Below, one piece after another: positions 10,119 to 19,802 of a DNA stretch of 64,000 nt. Under the pieces are notes generated by a model. That model had not been told where the DNA came from and ran no database searches. It saw nothing but the letters and a program-made list of their open reading frames with translations. The stretch is from Candidatus Hydrogenedentota bacterium (lineage in GTDB: Bacteria; Hydrogenedentota; Hydrogenedentia; Hydrogenedentales; SLHB01). Where the stretch lies: contig JABWCD010000001.1 in the NCBI GenBank assembly GCA_013359265.1, positions 41,000 to 104,999 on the forward strand, read 5' to 3'. Numbering within the stretch: the stretch's first letter is position 1; the number at the start of each line of letters is the position of its first letter. A program made the translations under genes and the position numbers.

Positions 10119-13100
10119 AGACGCTGGCGGGGCATCTCGGAATCGATACGTCCAATGGGTCCCTTGGGTCCTATGGGTAACTTTGTTTTCCGGTATTTCT
10201 GGCGCAGGTGCTATTACCGTTGAGCCGTTGTGGACCGCCGAGACCCACTCGATCATGGAAGGTCCGCCGATGACCGTCGATTTGGATGGCGACGGCGACG
10301 CGGAGATCGTGACGGCGGCCTACGAGGAGCTGATCGCGATTGACGGCGATGGCAAGGAACGTTGGCGTTTCGACGCCCGCGGGCGATACCAGACGTGCCC
10401 CGCAATTTGGGAACGCGATGGCGCTCCCCCACTCCTTTTCGCCGGCGACAATACGGGTCAATTCACGTGCCTGGACGGCGGGGGAAAGGTCATCTGGCAA
10501 GTCGATACGAAACCGATCTTTTGCGCGGCGCCGGCAATCGGGGATCTCGATGGCGATGGCACGATGGAAGTCGTGCAGGGCGACAAGTCGGGCATGGTGC
10601 ACGCGTTCAATGCGCTGACCGGCAAAGTAGTGTGGCAAACGCAAATCGAGGGGGAATGTTCGAGCCCGGCGCTGGCGGATTTGGACGGCGACGGCAAACG
10701 TAACGTTGTGATTGCGACGGGCGCAGGCAAGGTGTTCGCGCTTGATGCCGCCGGCGCAGTGCTGTGGACGTACGCCATGGATGGAACGACACCAGATTGG
10801 GCTACATGCTCGCCAATCGTTTTTAAGGTCGGCGACGGTAAACGTCGTATCGCCTGCTCATCGGGTAATGAGACTGTCCATTGCATCGATGCGAAAGGCA
10901 AACAAGTTTGGTCACGAACGACGCGCGGCGCCGTCGCGTCGACGTTGTCGGCGGGCGATATCGACGATGATGGTTGGACCGACCTGTTCGCAGTGACCCA
11001 GTTGGGTGTTGTGTACCGATTTGACGAAGATGGGAGGACACGCTGGCAAATCGACTCGCAGGGGCGTTCGCTCGCGCCAGGTGCGCTTGTCGACATCGAT
11101 GGAGACGAAAAACTCGAATACGTGTTGTGCACGCAAAACGGCAATCTGATCGTGATCGATAACAACGGAGACGTCGCGTTTTCCTATCAGTTCAAACACC
11201 GCACGATAAACGTGACGCCTGCATTTGGCGAGATAGCGCCGGAGCGCGAGGGAATTGAATTTGTCGTTACGGGGGGCGAATCCGGACGCGTGATTTGCTT
11301 CGGCGCCCCCGCGCGCGTGGGCACGCGCAGCCAGTGGCGAAGCTATCGCGGCGATTCGCGGCTTGTCGCGGCATGGCTTCCGGAAGAGCAGGATGCTGTT
11401 GCCAGCATCGCGCCCGTGGATTTGGACGCGGACGGACTGGTCTGCGGCGACGTAGTTCGTTGTCGTGTCATGAACCATCAGCCGGAACGAAGCGATCTTT
11501 TCGCGGAAGTAGCCATCGAGGACCCCGCCGGCGAGATTCGAAGCGCGCTCGGGCGCGTCGACGGTGCGCAAACGGTCGTCGAACTGCCTGTTTCGATACG
11601 CCAGGCAGGAACGTACGCGCTGAAGTGGCGCGTCAAGGACGGCAACGGATTTGTGCTTGCGTGCGGCGAACAGAAAACGGATATCACGCCATTCAAGAAT
11701 GACCGATCCCTCCTGGAGATGACGTTGCTTCAATTGCGTGCGGCTGTAGGCGGCGCGCGGCCTGCGGATGACGACGGCAGTTTTCGCGCGGCGTTGCACT
11801 CGGAGACGAAGGAAATTCTTAGGGTTGCGGTCCCCTTACAGACGCGGTGGGGCCGCACGAATTCGCTTGCGCAAGAGGATTGGCAGGACCTCGAACGTGA
11901 CACGGCGGAATTGAACGCGCGATGCCGGCGCGCCGCCAAATTCGCAGATATGGTAGATATGGGTTTGATGAAAAGTTTTAAGGCAGGGCTGGTTCCTTTT
12001 CAGGAATCGGATGGGGACAGCCGCGATCTTGGAAAACGCGTTCCGCAATTGGTGTTCCTCCCGTATCCGATAAAGCGTCGCTGCGTGGTTGGGGAGCACG
12101 AGCCGGTTTCGATCAAATTGTTCAACGCGTCGAATGAAGCGCTTCGTCCATCCATAAAGGTTACTTCAGCGTCGGCGGGGATTCGGACTCAAGTGCTCGC
12201 CCCGAAAGAGGCGCCCACGAATCTCGGCGGCACGGCCTGGGACGCGCTCGTGCCAAGTGGCGATGCGCAGTTGGAGATTCCCCCTCTCGAGTCGCGCGAG
12301 ATTTGGCTTGATATCGATGCAACAGAGGCAAAACCAGGAGAGCACAGAATAGACGTTTCCGCCCAGACAGAATCCGGCAATACAGAAGTAAACGTTTTTC
12401 TGGATATTTTGCCGTTTGCCATGGCGGGTTACGATCAAATGCGCATGTGCGCCTGGGCGAAGTATGACGAGCACGCCGTGAGGGACCTTCTGGCGCACGG
12501 GAACACGGTATTCATCGGGAACCTGCCGCCCGCAACGGTGACGGACGGAACATCTCCCGGCATTGTGTGCGACTATGGCCCGCTGAACGGGTTTCTCGCA
12601 CCGCTGAAGGGACACGACGTGTACCTGCTGTTTCACGGCATTCCGCAGTTGGGCGTGCCGATGGAAAGCGACGAATATGTGCCGCGTTTTGCGGAGTACA
12701 TGAAGTTGGTGCTCGCGCATTTGGCGGCGAATGGGTTCGATGAGGAGCACGTTGCGTTGTATCCGTACGACGAGCCGGGCGGCAACGGTTGGAACGTCGT
12801 GAAACAGTACACGGCGTTCGCGCAGCAGGCGTTGAAGGCGCTGCCAACCCTGAGATTCTACGTCAACGGAGGGGCGGACCTTCCGAAGTTCGAGGAAATG
12901 GCGGAGTACGCGGGAATTTGGAGTCCGGGCATCTACATGCTGCCGGAGCGGTCGCCGGAGATGGAACTGCTGCGAAAAACCGGCAAGCCGTTGTGGTCGT
13001 ACGACTGCGCATACCTGTTTTCGCGGCCGATCGGCGCAAACACGAAGACGGTCAACGTCGTCGCACAATATCGATTGTCGGCGATCATCGCAATGAACTA

Positions 13101-13485
13101 CGGCGCGACGGGAATCGGCTGGTGGTGCTACAACCACGGGCCGTCGATGTGGGACCCGATACCGTTCGAGTATCCGCTCGTGTATACGAACGAGGACGGC
13201 ACGGTGACGACATCGCGGCGGTGGGAAGCGGTGCGCGAGGGAGTGGAGGACGCGCGGATATTGATTGCGCTACGGGAAAGGCTGGGCGATGATTCCGTGA
13301 GTGGCGAGGCGAAAGAGAAAATCCGGCACTTATTGGAGAAAACCGTTCCGGAACTGTCGAAGCAAACGATGGAATATGCGCGATTGGGTGTCGCGCGGTA
13401 TGTGATTGATGAGACGCATAACGACGAGTTGGTGGAGCGGCTGCGGGCGGAGATGATGAATTGTGTGGCGGCGGTGGGGAGATGA
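10111..13485 (+). CDS. large secreted protein: N-terminal PQQ/FG-GAP-like beta-propeller repeats plus C-terminal glycoside-hydrolase-like (TIM-barrel-like) domain
   Basis: 1124 aa; hydrophobic signal-like N-term; about 7 repeats with DLDGDG...VV..G..G.V.A motifs (FG-GAP/BamB-like); start overlaps TenA stop by 8 nt. Confidence 0.65.
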   Translation: MCRDAGGASRNRYVQWVPWVLWVTLFSGISGAGAITVEPLWTAETHSIMEGPPMTVDLDGDGDAEIVTAAYEELIAIDGDGKERWRFDARGRYQTCPAIWERDGAPPLLFAGDNTGQFTCLDGGGKVIWQVDTKPIFCAAPAIGDLDGDGTMEVVQGDKSGMVHAFNALTGKVVWQTQIEGECSSPALADLDGDGKRNVVIATGAGKVFALDAAGAVLWTYAMDGTTPDWATCSPIVFKVGDGKRRIACSSGNETVHCIDAKGKQVWSRTTRGAVASTLSAGDIDDDGWTDLFAVTQLGVVYRFDEDGRTRWQIDSQGRSLAPGALVDIDGDEKLEYVLCTQNGNLIVIDNNGDVAFSYQFKHRTINVTPAFGEIAPEREGIEFVVTGGESGRVICFGAPARVGTRSQWRSYRGDSRLVAAWLPEEQDAVASIAPVDLDADGLVCGDVVRCRVMNHQPERSDLFAEVAIEDPAGEIRSALGRVDGAQTVVELPVSIRQAGTYALKWRVKDGNGFVLACGEQKTDITPFKNDRSLLEMTLLQLRAAVGGARPADDDGSFRAALHSETKEILRVAVPLQTRWGRTNSLAQEDWQDLERDTAELNARCRRAAKFADMVDMGLMKSFKAGLVPFQESDGDSRDLGKRVPQLVFLPYPIKRRCVVGEHEPVSIKLFNASNEALRPSIKVTSASAGIRTQVLAPKEAPTNLGGTAWDALVPSGDAQLEIPPLESREIWLDIDATEAKPGEHRIDVSAQTESGNTEVNVFLDILPFAMAGYDQMRMCAWAKYDEHAVRDLLAHGNTVFIGNLPPATVTDGTSPGIVCDYGPLNGFLAPLKGHDVYLLFHGIPQLGVPMESDEYVPRFAEYMKLVLAHLAANGFDEEHVALYPYDEPGGNGWNVVKQYTAFAQQALKALPTLRFYVNGGADLPKFEEMAEYAGIWSPGIYMLPERSPEMELLRKTGKPLWSYDCAYLFSRPIGANTKTVNVVAQYRLSAIIAMNYGATGIGWWCYNHGPSMWDPIPFEYPLVYTNEDGTVTTSRRWEAVREGVEDARILIALRERLGDDSVSGEAKEKIRHLLEKTVPELSKQTMEYARLGVARYVIDETHNDELVERLRAEMMNCVAAVGR

Positions 13486-13573
13486 GGACGGAAGTCGTGA
13501 GTGCTCTTTCGTGCTCGTACTCGTAGTTGATCGTACCGGCTGTGCGATCGCTGGACTACACCAAGATCGAATC

Positions 13574-13620
13574 GGAGCTTTTCAAGAGTGCGTTCCCAAG
13601 CCGGAGCTTGGGAACGAGGA
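13574..13620. repeat. dispersed palindromic repeat family A copy (GGAGCTTTTCAAGAGYGCGTTCCC...GGGAACGAGGA)
   Basis: Hairpin GTTCCCAAGCCGGAGCTTGGGAAC; shares 40+ nt with copies at 25228, 59241, 61716 and 61806. Confidence 0.7.
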
Positions 13621-14574
13621 TTCGCTTGGTGCGAGGAGCAGGCAACCTACCAATACGACGTCTTCGCCGAGGGCGCAGGGGACAATTTCGTATTTGCCGC
13701 GAAAAGCGCCGAAGCAGAGGGTTGCTACATGGCCGCGAATTGGATTCAGTAGCACGTCGCCGAGGAGGCTGACGCCGCCGCCGATAGCGATGCGTTCAGG
13801 ATGAATGAGCGTGATGACATTTGAGAGCGCCACGCCGATGCCTTGCGCAATATCGTTCAGTTCATTCCGCGCGAATGGGTCGCCGGCGCGCGCGGCCTCC
13901 CCGAGGATGGCGCAAGTGATGCGCTGAGGATCGCCATCGCAAAGGCGATGGAGCGGCGATCCGGGCGCGAGTCGCGCGGAAGCGCGAACGCGTTTCTCGA
14001 TGGACCAACCACTGCAGAGGTTCTCAAGTTTGTTGAAGCCGCCGGGTGTGAAGTTCGTCCAATCGGGAATGTAGGTGTGGCCGATTTCCGCGGCGCCGAA
14101 CCCTTGGCCGTCGTGGAGCATGCCGTTTATAACGAAGCCACCGCCGATGCCGCTGCCGATGTTCATGTAGCAGAAGGTACGCGTGCCCTTGCCCGCGCCG
14201 CACACGTACTCGCCCCAGCACGAGACGCTGGAGTCGTTGCCGACGAAGACGGGTACGCCGAAGCGCGATTCGAAGTATTGCTTGAGCGGGTAGTCGCTCC
14301 AGCCGCCAACCTGGTGCGAAACGAGCGCTTTGCCCGTTGCAGTTTCGATCGGTCCACCGAAACCAACGCCAATACCGCTGACGCGAGCACCCCGCGATTG
14401 CGCTTCATTAAGCAGCTTTGGAACCGATTCGTCAAACCACGAGAGTATCGCTTGCGCGCCTTCGGATGCAGGCGCGGCGCCGCGTTCGCGAGTGATAATT
14501 TTACCGTCGTGTGTGCCGAGGGCAGCCTGGAGCTTTGTGCCGCCAATTTCGAGGGCGAGTACTAGATTTGACAT
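13582..14574 (-). CDS. ROK family sugar kinase (glucokinase-like)
   Basis: N-term ATP motif LALEIGGTKL, ROK zinc motif CxCGxxGC-like region (CYMNIGSGIGGGFVING); last about 19 codons are encoded by a dispersed repeat element. Confidence 0.8.
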   Translation of the reverse strand: MSNLVLALEIGGTKLQAALGTHDGKIITRERGAAPASEGAQAILSWFDESVPKLLNEAQSRGARVSGIGVGFGGPIETATGKALVSHQVGGWSDYPLKQYFESRFGVPVFVGNDSSVSCWGEYVCGAGKGTRTFCYMNIGSGIGGGFVINGMLHDGQGFGAAEIGHTYIPDWTNFTPGGFNKLENLCSGWSIEKRVRASARLAPGSPLHRLCDGDPQRITCAILGEAARAGDPFARNELNDIAQGIGVALSNVITLIHPERIAIGGGVSLLGDVLLNPIRGHVATLCFGAFRGKYEIVPCALGEDVVLVGCLLLAPSESSFPSSGLGTHS

Positions 14575-14587
14575 CAGGATAGTCTGG

Positions 14588-16024
14588 TTACGCGATGATC
14601 TTGTGCAGCACCTTGCCCGACACGTCCGTTAGCCGGAAGTTTCGGCCGTTGTGGACGTAGGTGAGTTCTTCGTGGTCGATGCCGCAGAGTGCGAGGATTG
14701 TGGCGTGAAGGTCGGGGACGGAGACGGGATCGACGGCGGCTTTGTAGCCGACTTCGTCGGTCTCGCCGTAGCTGGTACCGCCCTTGACGCCGCCGCCGGC
14801 CATCCACATGAGGAAGCCGTCGGGATTGTGGTCGCGGCCGATGCCGTTTTGCGAGACCGGCAGGCGGCCGAATTCCCCGCCCCAGACGACGAGCGTGGAA
14901 TCGAGCAAGCCGCGGCGCTTGAGATCGGTAAGCAAGCCCGCGATGGGCACGTCGGTCTCCGCGCAGTGCATGTCGTGGTTTTCGACTAGGCCGTTGTGCG
15001 CGTCCCAACTGTCCTGCTGGTGGCCGCCGCCGCTGTAAACCTGCACGAATCGCACACCGCGCTCGACGAGCCGGCGCGCGACGAGGAGTTGGCTGCCGAA
15101 GTATTTCGTCTTGTCCTGATCGAGACCGTAAAGTTTTTTTGTCTCGTCGTTTTCCTTCGTAATATCGACGGACTCGGGGGCGGCGCTTTGCATGCGGTAT
15201 GCAAGTTCGAAGCTTTCGATACGCGCAGCGAGATCCGCCTCGTGCGGATGTTCCTCGTAGTGCGCTTGATTAAGCTGTCCGAGCAGATCAAGTTGCGCGC
15301 GCTGTTGTTCATCGTTCATGCCGCGCTGCTTTTCAAGGTTTATGATCGGCGAACCGCTGTTGCGCAATGGTGTCGCTTGAAACGAGCTCGGCAGAAATCC
15401 CGAGCCCCAGTTCTGCGGACCGCCGATGGGGCCTCCGCGGGGATCGTACATGACGACATATCCCGGCAAGTTCTGGTTCTCGGTTCCGAGGCCATACGTT
15501 AGCCAGGAGCCAATGCTCGGGAATCCCACGCGAATGTACCCGGTGTTCATCTGGAACAGCGCGGGCGCGTGGTTGTTGCTGTCGGCATAGCAGGATTTGA
15601 TGAACGCGATGTTGTCCACGCACTGCGCGAGCGCGGGGTATTTTTCGCTCACCCACGCGCCGGATTGACCATACTGTTTGAACGCGTAGGGGCTTCTCAT
15701 TAGCGGCCCGGGATTCGGGCTGAAGGGTTTGAGTTCGCCTTTCCAGTCGAGTTTTTTGCCGTCGAACTTGTCAAGATCCGGTTTGTAGTCGAAGAGGTCG
15801 AAGGCGCTGGGACCGCCGTACATGAACAGGAATATGACCGATTTCGCCTTTGGCGCGAACTGCGCGTTCTTCGCCGCAAAGGGCGACGCGGCGTTTGCCG
15901 ATTGCAGTAAACCGCCGAGACCCAGCATACCGAAGCCGAGGCCGGTGCGTTTGAGGAAGTCGCGGCGGGTAGTAAAGGTCTGGCTGCGGCCAAAGTCGCA
16001 GTGCGTGCAGGTTGGGTTGGTCAT
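14588..16024 (-). CDS. DUF1501 domain protein (sulfatase-like, Tat signal)
   Basis: Twin-arginine signal TRRDFLKRTGLGFG; DUF1501-typical length 478 aa; paired with DUF1553 gene. Confidence 0.85.
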   Translation of the reverse strand: MTNPTCTHCDFGRSQTFTTRRDFLKRTGLGFGMLGLGGLLQSANAASPFAAKNAQFAPKAKSVIFLFMYGGPSAFDLFDYKPDLDKFDGKKLDWKGELKPFSPNPGPLMRSPYAFKQYGQSGAWVSEKYPALAQCVDNIAFIKSCYADSNNHAPALFQMNTGYIRVGFPSIGSWLTYGLGTENQNLPGYVVMYDPRGGPIGGPQNWGSGFLPSSFQATPLRNSGSPIINLEKQRGMNDEQQRAQLDLLGQLNQAHYEEHPHEADLAARIESFELAYRMQSAAPESVDITKENDETKKLYGLDQDKTKYFGSQLLVARRLVERGVRFVQVYSGGGHQQDSWDAHNGLVENHDMHCAETDVPIAGLLTDLKRRGLLDSTLVVWGGEFGRLPVSQNGIGRDHNPDGFLMWMAGGGVKGGTSYGETDEVGYKAAVDPVSVPDLHATILALCGIDHEELTYVHNGRNFRLTDVSGKVLHKIIA

Positions 16025-16399
16025 GATACTTCAATTCCAGAATTAGCCACGAAAGAACACAAAGAGCGCAAAGAAATCGCGCGAAAGGACTCAGAGAACC
16101 TAAGACGGCCTCGGCCCGAAACGAAATTATGTGAAGGGTTCAGCAGATCGGGTATCGGGTTTCGGGTATCGGGTTTCGGGAACACAGCGAGCGAAGTAGG
16201 AATCTCAGAATCTGAAATTTGAGACCTCAAAGAATTGGAGACGCTGAACTTGCGATCTCGTCTCATTCGTTGCAGATGGATACAGAATTTCCTTTGCGCA
16301 TTTACGAGAATCGACGCGAAAAGAATAGTCGCACTGAGACGAGTATTAGTTCTAAGACGCGCGCGTACGTCCTTAAAGTTGTTGAAGCACGAAGAGAAA

Positions 16400-16741
16400 T
16401 CAGATGTCTTCATCGCTTTCTGCCCAGTATTTTGCAGATCTCTTCGTATCTCTTTCTACATCGCGCGCATGTGGCAATTGTATACCATGATGCACGAGTA
16501 CATCCTCGTAATGCAGCAGGGCCGATTCTAATAGTTCCGCCAACCGCAAAGCTGTCAGAAAAGTTTCGTCGTCAACCTTTCCTTCCAAACGTTCAATAAG
16601 CTCGATACTTAATGCGACGTTAATAGATAACGAATCACCTTGAATGACCACACCTGGGAACTTTCTTTCCGGCATTCTAATGACGCATGCATTCGTCGCG
16701 TGAGAATAGACTTCGATCTGCTCTTTGATCATCTGATCCAT
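16400..16741 (-). CDS. hypothetical small acidic protein in low-GC islet
   Basis: 113-aa ORF, coherent composition, sits 13 nt after DUF1553 stop on same strand; GC about 45 percent versus about 62 percent flanks. Confidence 0.4.
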   Translation of the reverse strand: MDQMIKEQIEVYSHATNACVIRMPERKFPGVVIQGDSLSINVALSIELIERLEGKVDDETFLTALRLAELLESALLHYEDVLVHHGIQLPHARDVERDTKRSAKYWAESDEDI

Positions 16742-16753
16742 CCCGGCAAGAGT

Positions 16754-19186
16754 TCAGTCGACATACACGAACTCGTTCAGGCTCAGGATTACCTGGGCGA
16801 AGTCGACGAGAGCGGATTGGACGACGTCCTTGTCCTTTAGCGCGTAGTAGTTTGTCTTGGTTTCGTCGGCTTCCTGCTTGATGTGTCGCTGCACCTGCTT
16901 TTCGAGAAAACCGAGGGAGAGCGCCAGTTCGTGATCGGTTGGCGGGCGGTTGAGTGCAAACGCGAATGCGCGGCGGACCCAGCCTTCGCGGTTATCGCCG
17001 GCTTCTGCGCGCAGGCGATCGGCAAAGAATCTGGCCTGATCGCTGCTGAACGCGCTGTTCATCATCGAGAGCGATTGCGTGGGCGTGACGGTTGCGAGGC
17101 GGCGTCCGCAACTGACGACGGTATCCGGCGCGTCGAAGGATTCGATCATCGGCATGCGCGCGGAACGGCGTACGAAGATGTAGATGCTGCGCCGCCACGT
17201 GTCCGGGCCATCTTTCGCGTCGAGCGGCCACTTGGGCGTAGAGCCGGTGGCCACGGCGTCGGGCGGCATGAACGGAAACACGCCCGGCCCGTACATGCGC
17301 GGATTGAGGCAATTCGTAATCGCGAGGGTCGCGTCCCGAATGATTTCCGCTTCGAGGCGTTTGGGGTTTTGCCGCCACAGCAGCCGATTGTCCGGATCGA
17401 TTGCGGCGGCCGTCTCGTCATATTCGGAGGACTGTTGATACACGGCGCTCATGAGGATGAGTTTGTGAATGTGTTTCAGGCTCCACCCGTTCTGCACCAA
17501 TTCCGCCGCGAGCCAATCGAGTAGTTCCGGGTGCGAGGGCCGGTCGCCCTGGCGGCCAAAGTCGTTCGGCGTGCGCACAATGCCGTGGCCAAAATAGTGA
17601 TTCCATACCCTGTTCACGATCACGCGTGCGGTCAGGCGGCCCGCACCGCGGTCGACATCTGTCAGCCATTCGGCGAGCGCCGCGCGGCGAAAGGTGGTTT
17701 TCGCATCGGCGGTGCGCAGTGTCGCGGGCGCAAATCGATCATCTTCCGAACCCGGCAGGACCGAGAGGAACCCCAGCGCCACCTTCTCCTGTTTCGCATC
17801 CGGATTGCCGCGCGCGAGGAAGTAGCTGTCCGCAGGCTCCGGTTTCGCGTCGGTAAGCGCGAGGGCAAGCGGCGGCGAGACCGGCTTTTCGATCTCGATA
17901 GCGGCAATCGATGCGAGCGCGGCATCGGCCTTTGCGATGGACTCGGCGTCGAGCTGTGTGCGGATTTCCTCGTCCGGGACTTTTAACGCTTCCGCGTGTT
18001 TCGCGAGGAGTTTCTTTTGGCTTTCGTTCGTGTCGTCCTTCGCCAGTTTCAATAGCGACTTCTCGTCGTCGGTGGCCCGGAGGGCGTCGATCCTTGCGAT
18101 GCGCAGTTGGTCGCGGACCGGCGAATAGATTGCCTGAAGCGCGGCATGCGCCTCCGCGTTCCTCCCCTCCCACTCCGCCACCTTCACGCGGTACGCATCC
18201 GCCTCCGCACGCGGCGCCATCAACGCTTCGTAGCGTTTCGTCGAGGTGAACGCAGAGAGCATGCGGTAGTAGTCGTGCGAGGAGATCGGATCGTACTTGT
18301 GATCGTGGCAGCGGGCGCAGGCGACGGTCATACCGAGGAACGCGACGCTCGTAGTCGAGAGCATGTCGTCCCATTCGTCGTACTTGTTCAGTTCGAGTTC
18401 CTGGTTCGAAACCGTGGGGCCGCTCGTGCAGAACCCGGTGGCCGCAAGCGCGAGCGGATTCTCCGGCGCGCACTCGTCGCCGGCGAGTTGCCACTTAACG
18501 AAGGTGTCGAAGGGCAGGTCGTCGTTGAAGGCACGGATGACGAAATCGCGGTAGTGGTAGGCATTGGGCCGTTCGATATCGAACTCATACCCGTCGCTGT
18601 CGGCGTAGCGGGCGACGTCAAGCCAGTGGCGTCCCCAGCGTTCGCCGAAGTGCGGGCTGGCGAGCAAGTGGTCCACCAACTTTTCGTAGGCCTCTGGCGA
18701 CGGATCTCGCTCGAATGCTTCGATTTCCTCCGGTGACGGTGGGAGGCCGATGAGATCGTAATAGAGACGGCGAACGAGTTTGCCTGGCGAGACCTGTGGC
18801 GATGGGGCGATGCCTTTCGCTTCGAGCGCCGCGCCGATGAATGTGTCGATCAGCGTCGTTGACCAAGAGGAATTGCGCATGGCCGGTGGATCGACTCGTT
18901 TCAGCGGCTGGAACGACCAGAACGCGCGGTCCTCATCGGTCACTTTCCGATGCGGGATTTTGGGATTCTTGGCCGGCGAGACGGCTTTATCAATCGAATC
19001 GAGGCGTCGAAGCAGCGACTCGCGCTGCGCCTGCACTTCGGTTACGGACGCCCGCAGCCTCTCAAGCTGCGCCGAGGGGTCCTCCGCGGCGGAAATCGGG
19101 TAGGTGAGCGTTAGAACGGCGACCGCCAGCGGTGCAACGAGGCACCGGCGCGATCGTCCCCCAAACCCTGTAACCAAGCCAGCCAT
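16754..19186 (-). CDS. DUF1549/DUF1553 (PSD1) domain protein with signal peptide
   Basis: DUF1549 motif SPHFGERWGRHWLDVARYADSDGYE, DUF1553 motif CARCHDHKYDP; signal-like start MAGLVTGF...LAVAVLTL (track ORF extends further upstream to 19399). Confidence 0.85.
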   Translation of the reverse strand: MAGLVTGFGGRSRRCLVAPLAVAVLTLTYPISAAEDPSAQLERLRASVTEVQAQRESLLRRLDSIDKAVSPAKNPKIPHRKVTDEDRAFWSFQPLKRVDPPAMRNSSWSTTLIDTFIGAALEAKGIAPSPQVSPGKLVRRLYYDLIGLPPSPEEIEAFERDPSPEAYEKLVDHLLASPHFGERWGRHWLDVARYADSDGYEFDIERPNAYHYRDFVIRAFNDDLPFDTFVKWQLAGDECAPENPLALAATGFCTSGPTVSNQELELNKYDEWDDMLSTTSVAFLGMTVACARCHDHKYDPISSHDYYRMLSAFTSTKRYEALMAPRAEADAYRVKVAEWEGRNAEAHAALQAIYSPVRDQLRIARIDALRATDDEKSLLKLAKDDTNESQKKLLAKHAEALKVPDEEIRTQLDAESIAKADAALASIAAIEIEKPVSPPLALALTDAKPEPADSYFLARGNPDAKQEKVALGFLSVLPGSEDDRFAPATLRTADAKTTFRRAALAEWLTDVDRGAGRLTARVIVNRVWNHYFGHGIVRTPNDFGRQGDRPSHPELLDWLAAELVQNGWSLKHIHKLILMSAVYQQSSEYDETAAAIDPDNRLLWRQNPKRLEAEIIRDATLAITNCLNPRMYGPGVFPFMPPDAVATGSTPKWPLDAKDGPDTWRRSIYIFVRRSARMPMIESFDAPDTVVSCGRRLATVTPTQSLSMMNSAFSSDQARFFADRLRAEAGDNREGWVRRAFAFALNRPPTDHELALSLGFLEKQVQRHIKQEADETKTNYYALKDKDVVQSALVDFAQVILSLNEFVYVD

Positions 19187-19303
19187 GGGACTAGAGTAAA
19201 CATGTAGACACGATGGCGCAACTGCGCGTTGTTTCAGGGGTTGCGGGCAGATACCATATGGGCTGCACGACTCCATTGGCGCCTGCGGGTGAAGGACGAC
19301 TCG

Positions 19304-19555
19304 ATGAGCAGCAAATCTTCGGGGGAGAAATCGGCGAATCCGGACAATCCGTACAACATCGATTTTGCGCGGGAGCGCCGGTTGAAAAAGACGTTTCAAC
19401 TGCTTATCGGCGGCGCGTTTGTCGTCGCGCTTATCCTTCTGGTCGTCGCATATGCGATGGATACACTACTCCGAGAGAACGTGGACGGCGGCGCTCCGGT
19501 AACCCCATACAGCACACCCGCGCAGGCGACCGATCGGCAGGTTGCGCCAAAGTAA
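19304..19555 (+). CDS. hypothetical small membrane protein
   Basis: Single TM helix LLIGGAFVVALILLVVAYA; start chosen at MSSKSS (track ORF begins 19229). Confidence 0.3.
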   Translation: MSSKSSGEKSANPDNPYNIDFARERRLKKTFQLLIGGAFVVALILLVVAYAMDTLLRENVDGGAPVTPYSTPAQATDRQVAPK

Positions 19556-19720
19556 GCTGGTTACGGCCGCGAGGTGGAGTATTCGATGCGAAGACCTGCT
19601 GAGACTTTTGATTTTCCGGGGACCGTACCATAAACTTTTCGGTTCGTTCGACAATGCGCATGCCATCAAGTATGCGTAGTAGGCGGGCGAAGACAGGTAA
19701 ACCGGGTTAAATCGAAGAGT

Positions 19721-19758
19721 CGATTACGATTACGAGCACGATTACGAGCACGAGCACG
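19721..19758. repeat. hexanucleotide repeat block (CGATTA)n(CGAGCA)n
   Basis: cgattacgattacgagcacgattacgagcacgagcacg. Confidence 0.65.
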
Positions 19759-19802
19759 GAAGGAACGGCGCGTGACACGGGATGTGTTCGCCAGGAAGGG
19801 CA

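Noticed and set aside
10912-13137. 295-aa and 323-aa minus-strand ORFs
   Set aside because: Lie inside the 1124-aa propeller gene on the opposite strand; low-complexity Arg-rich.
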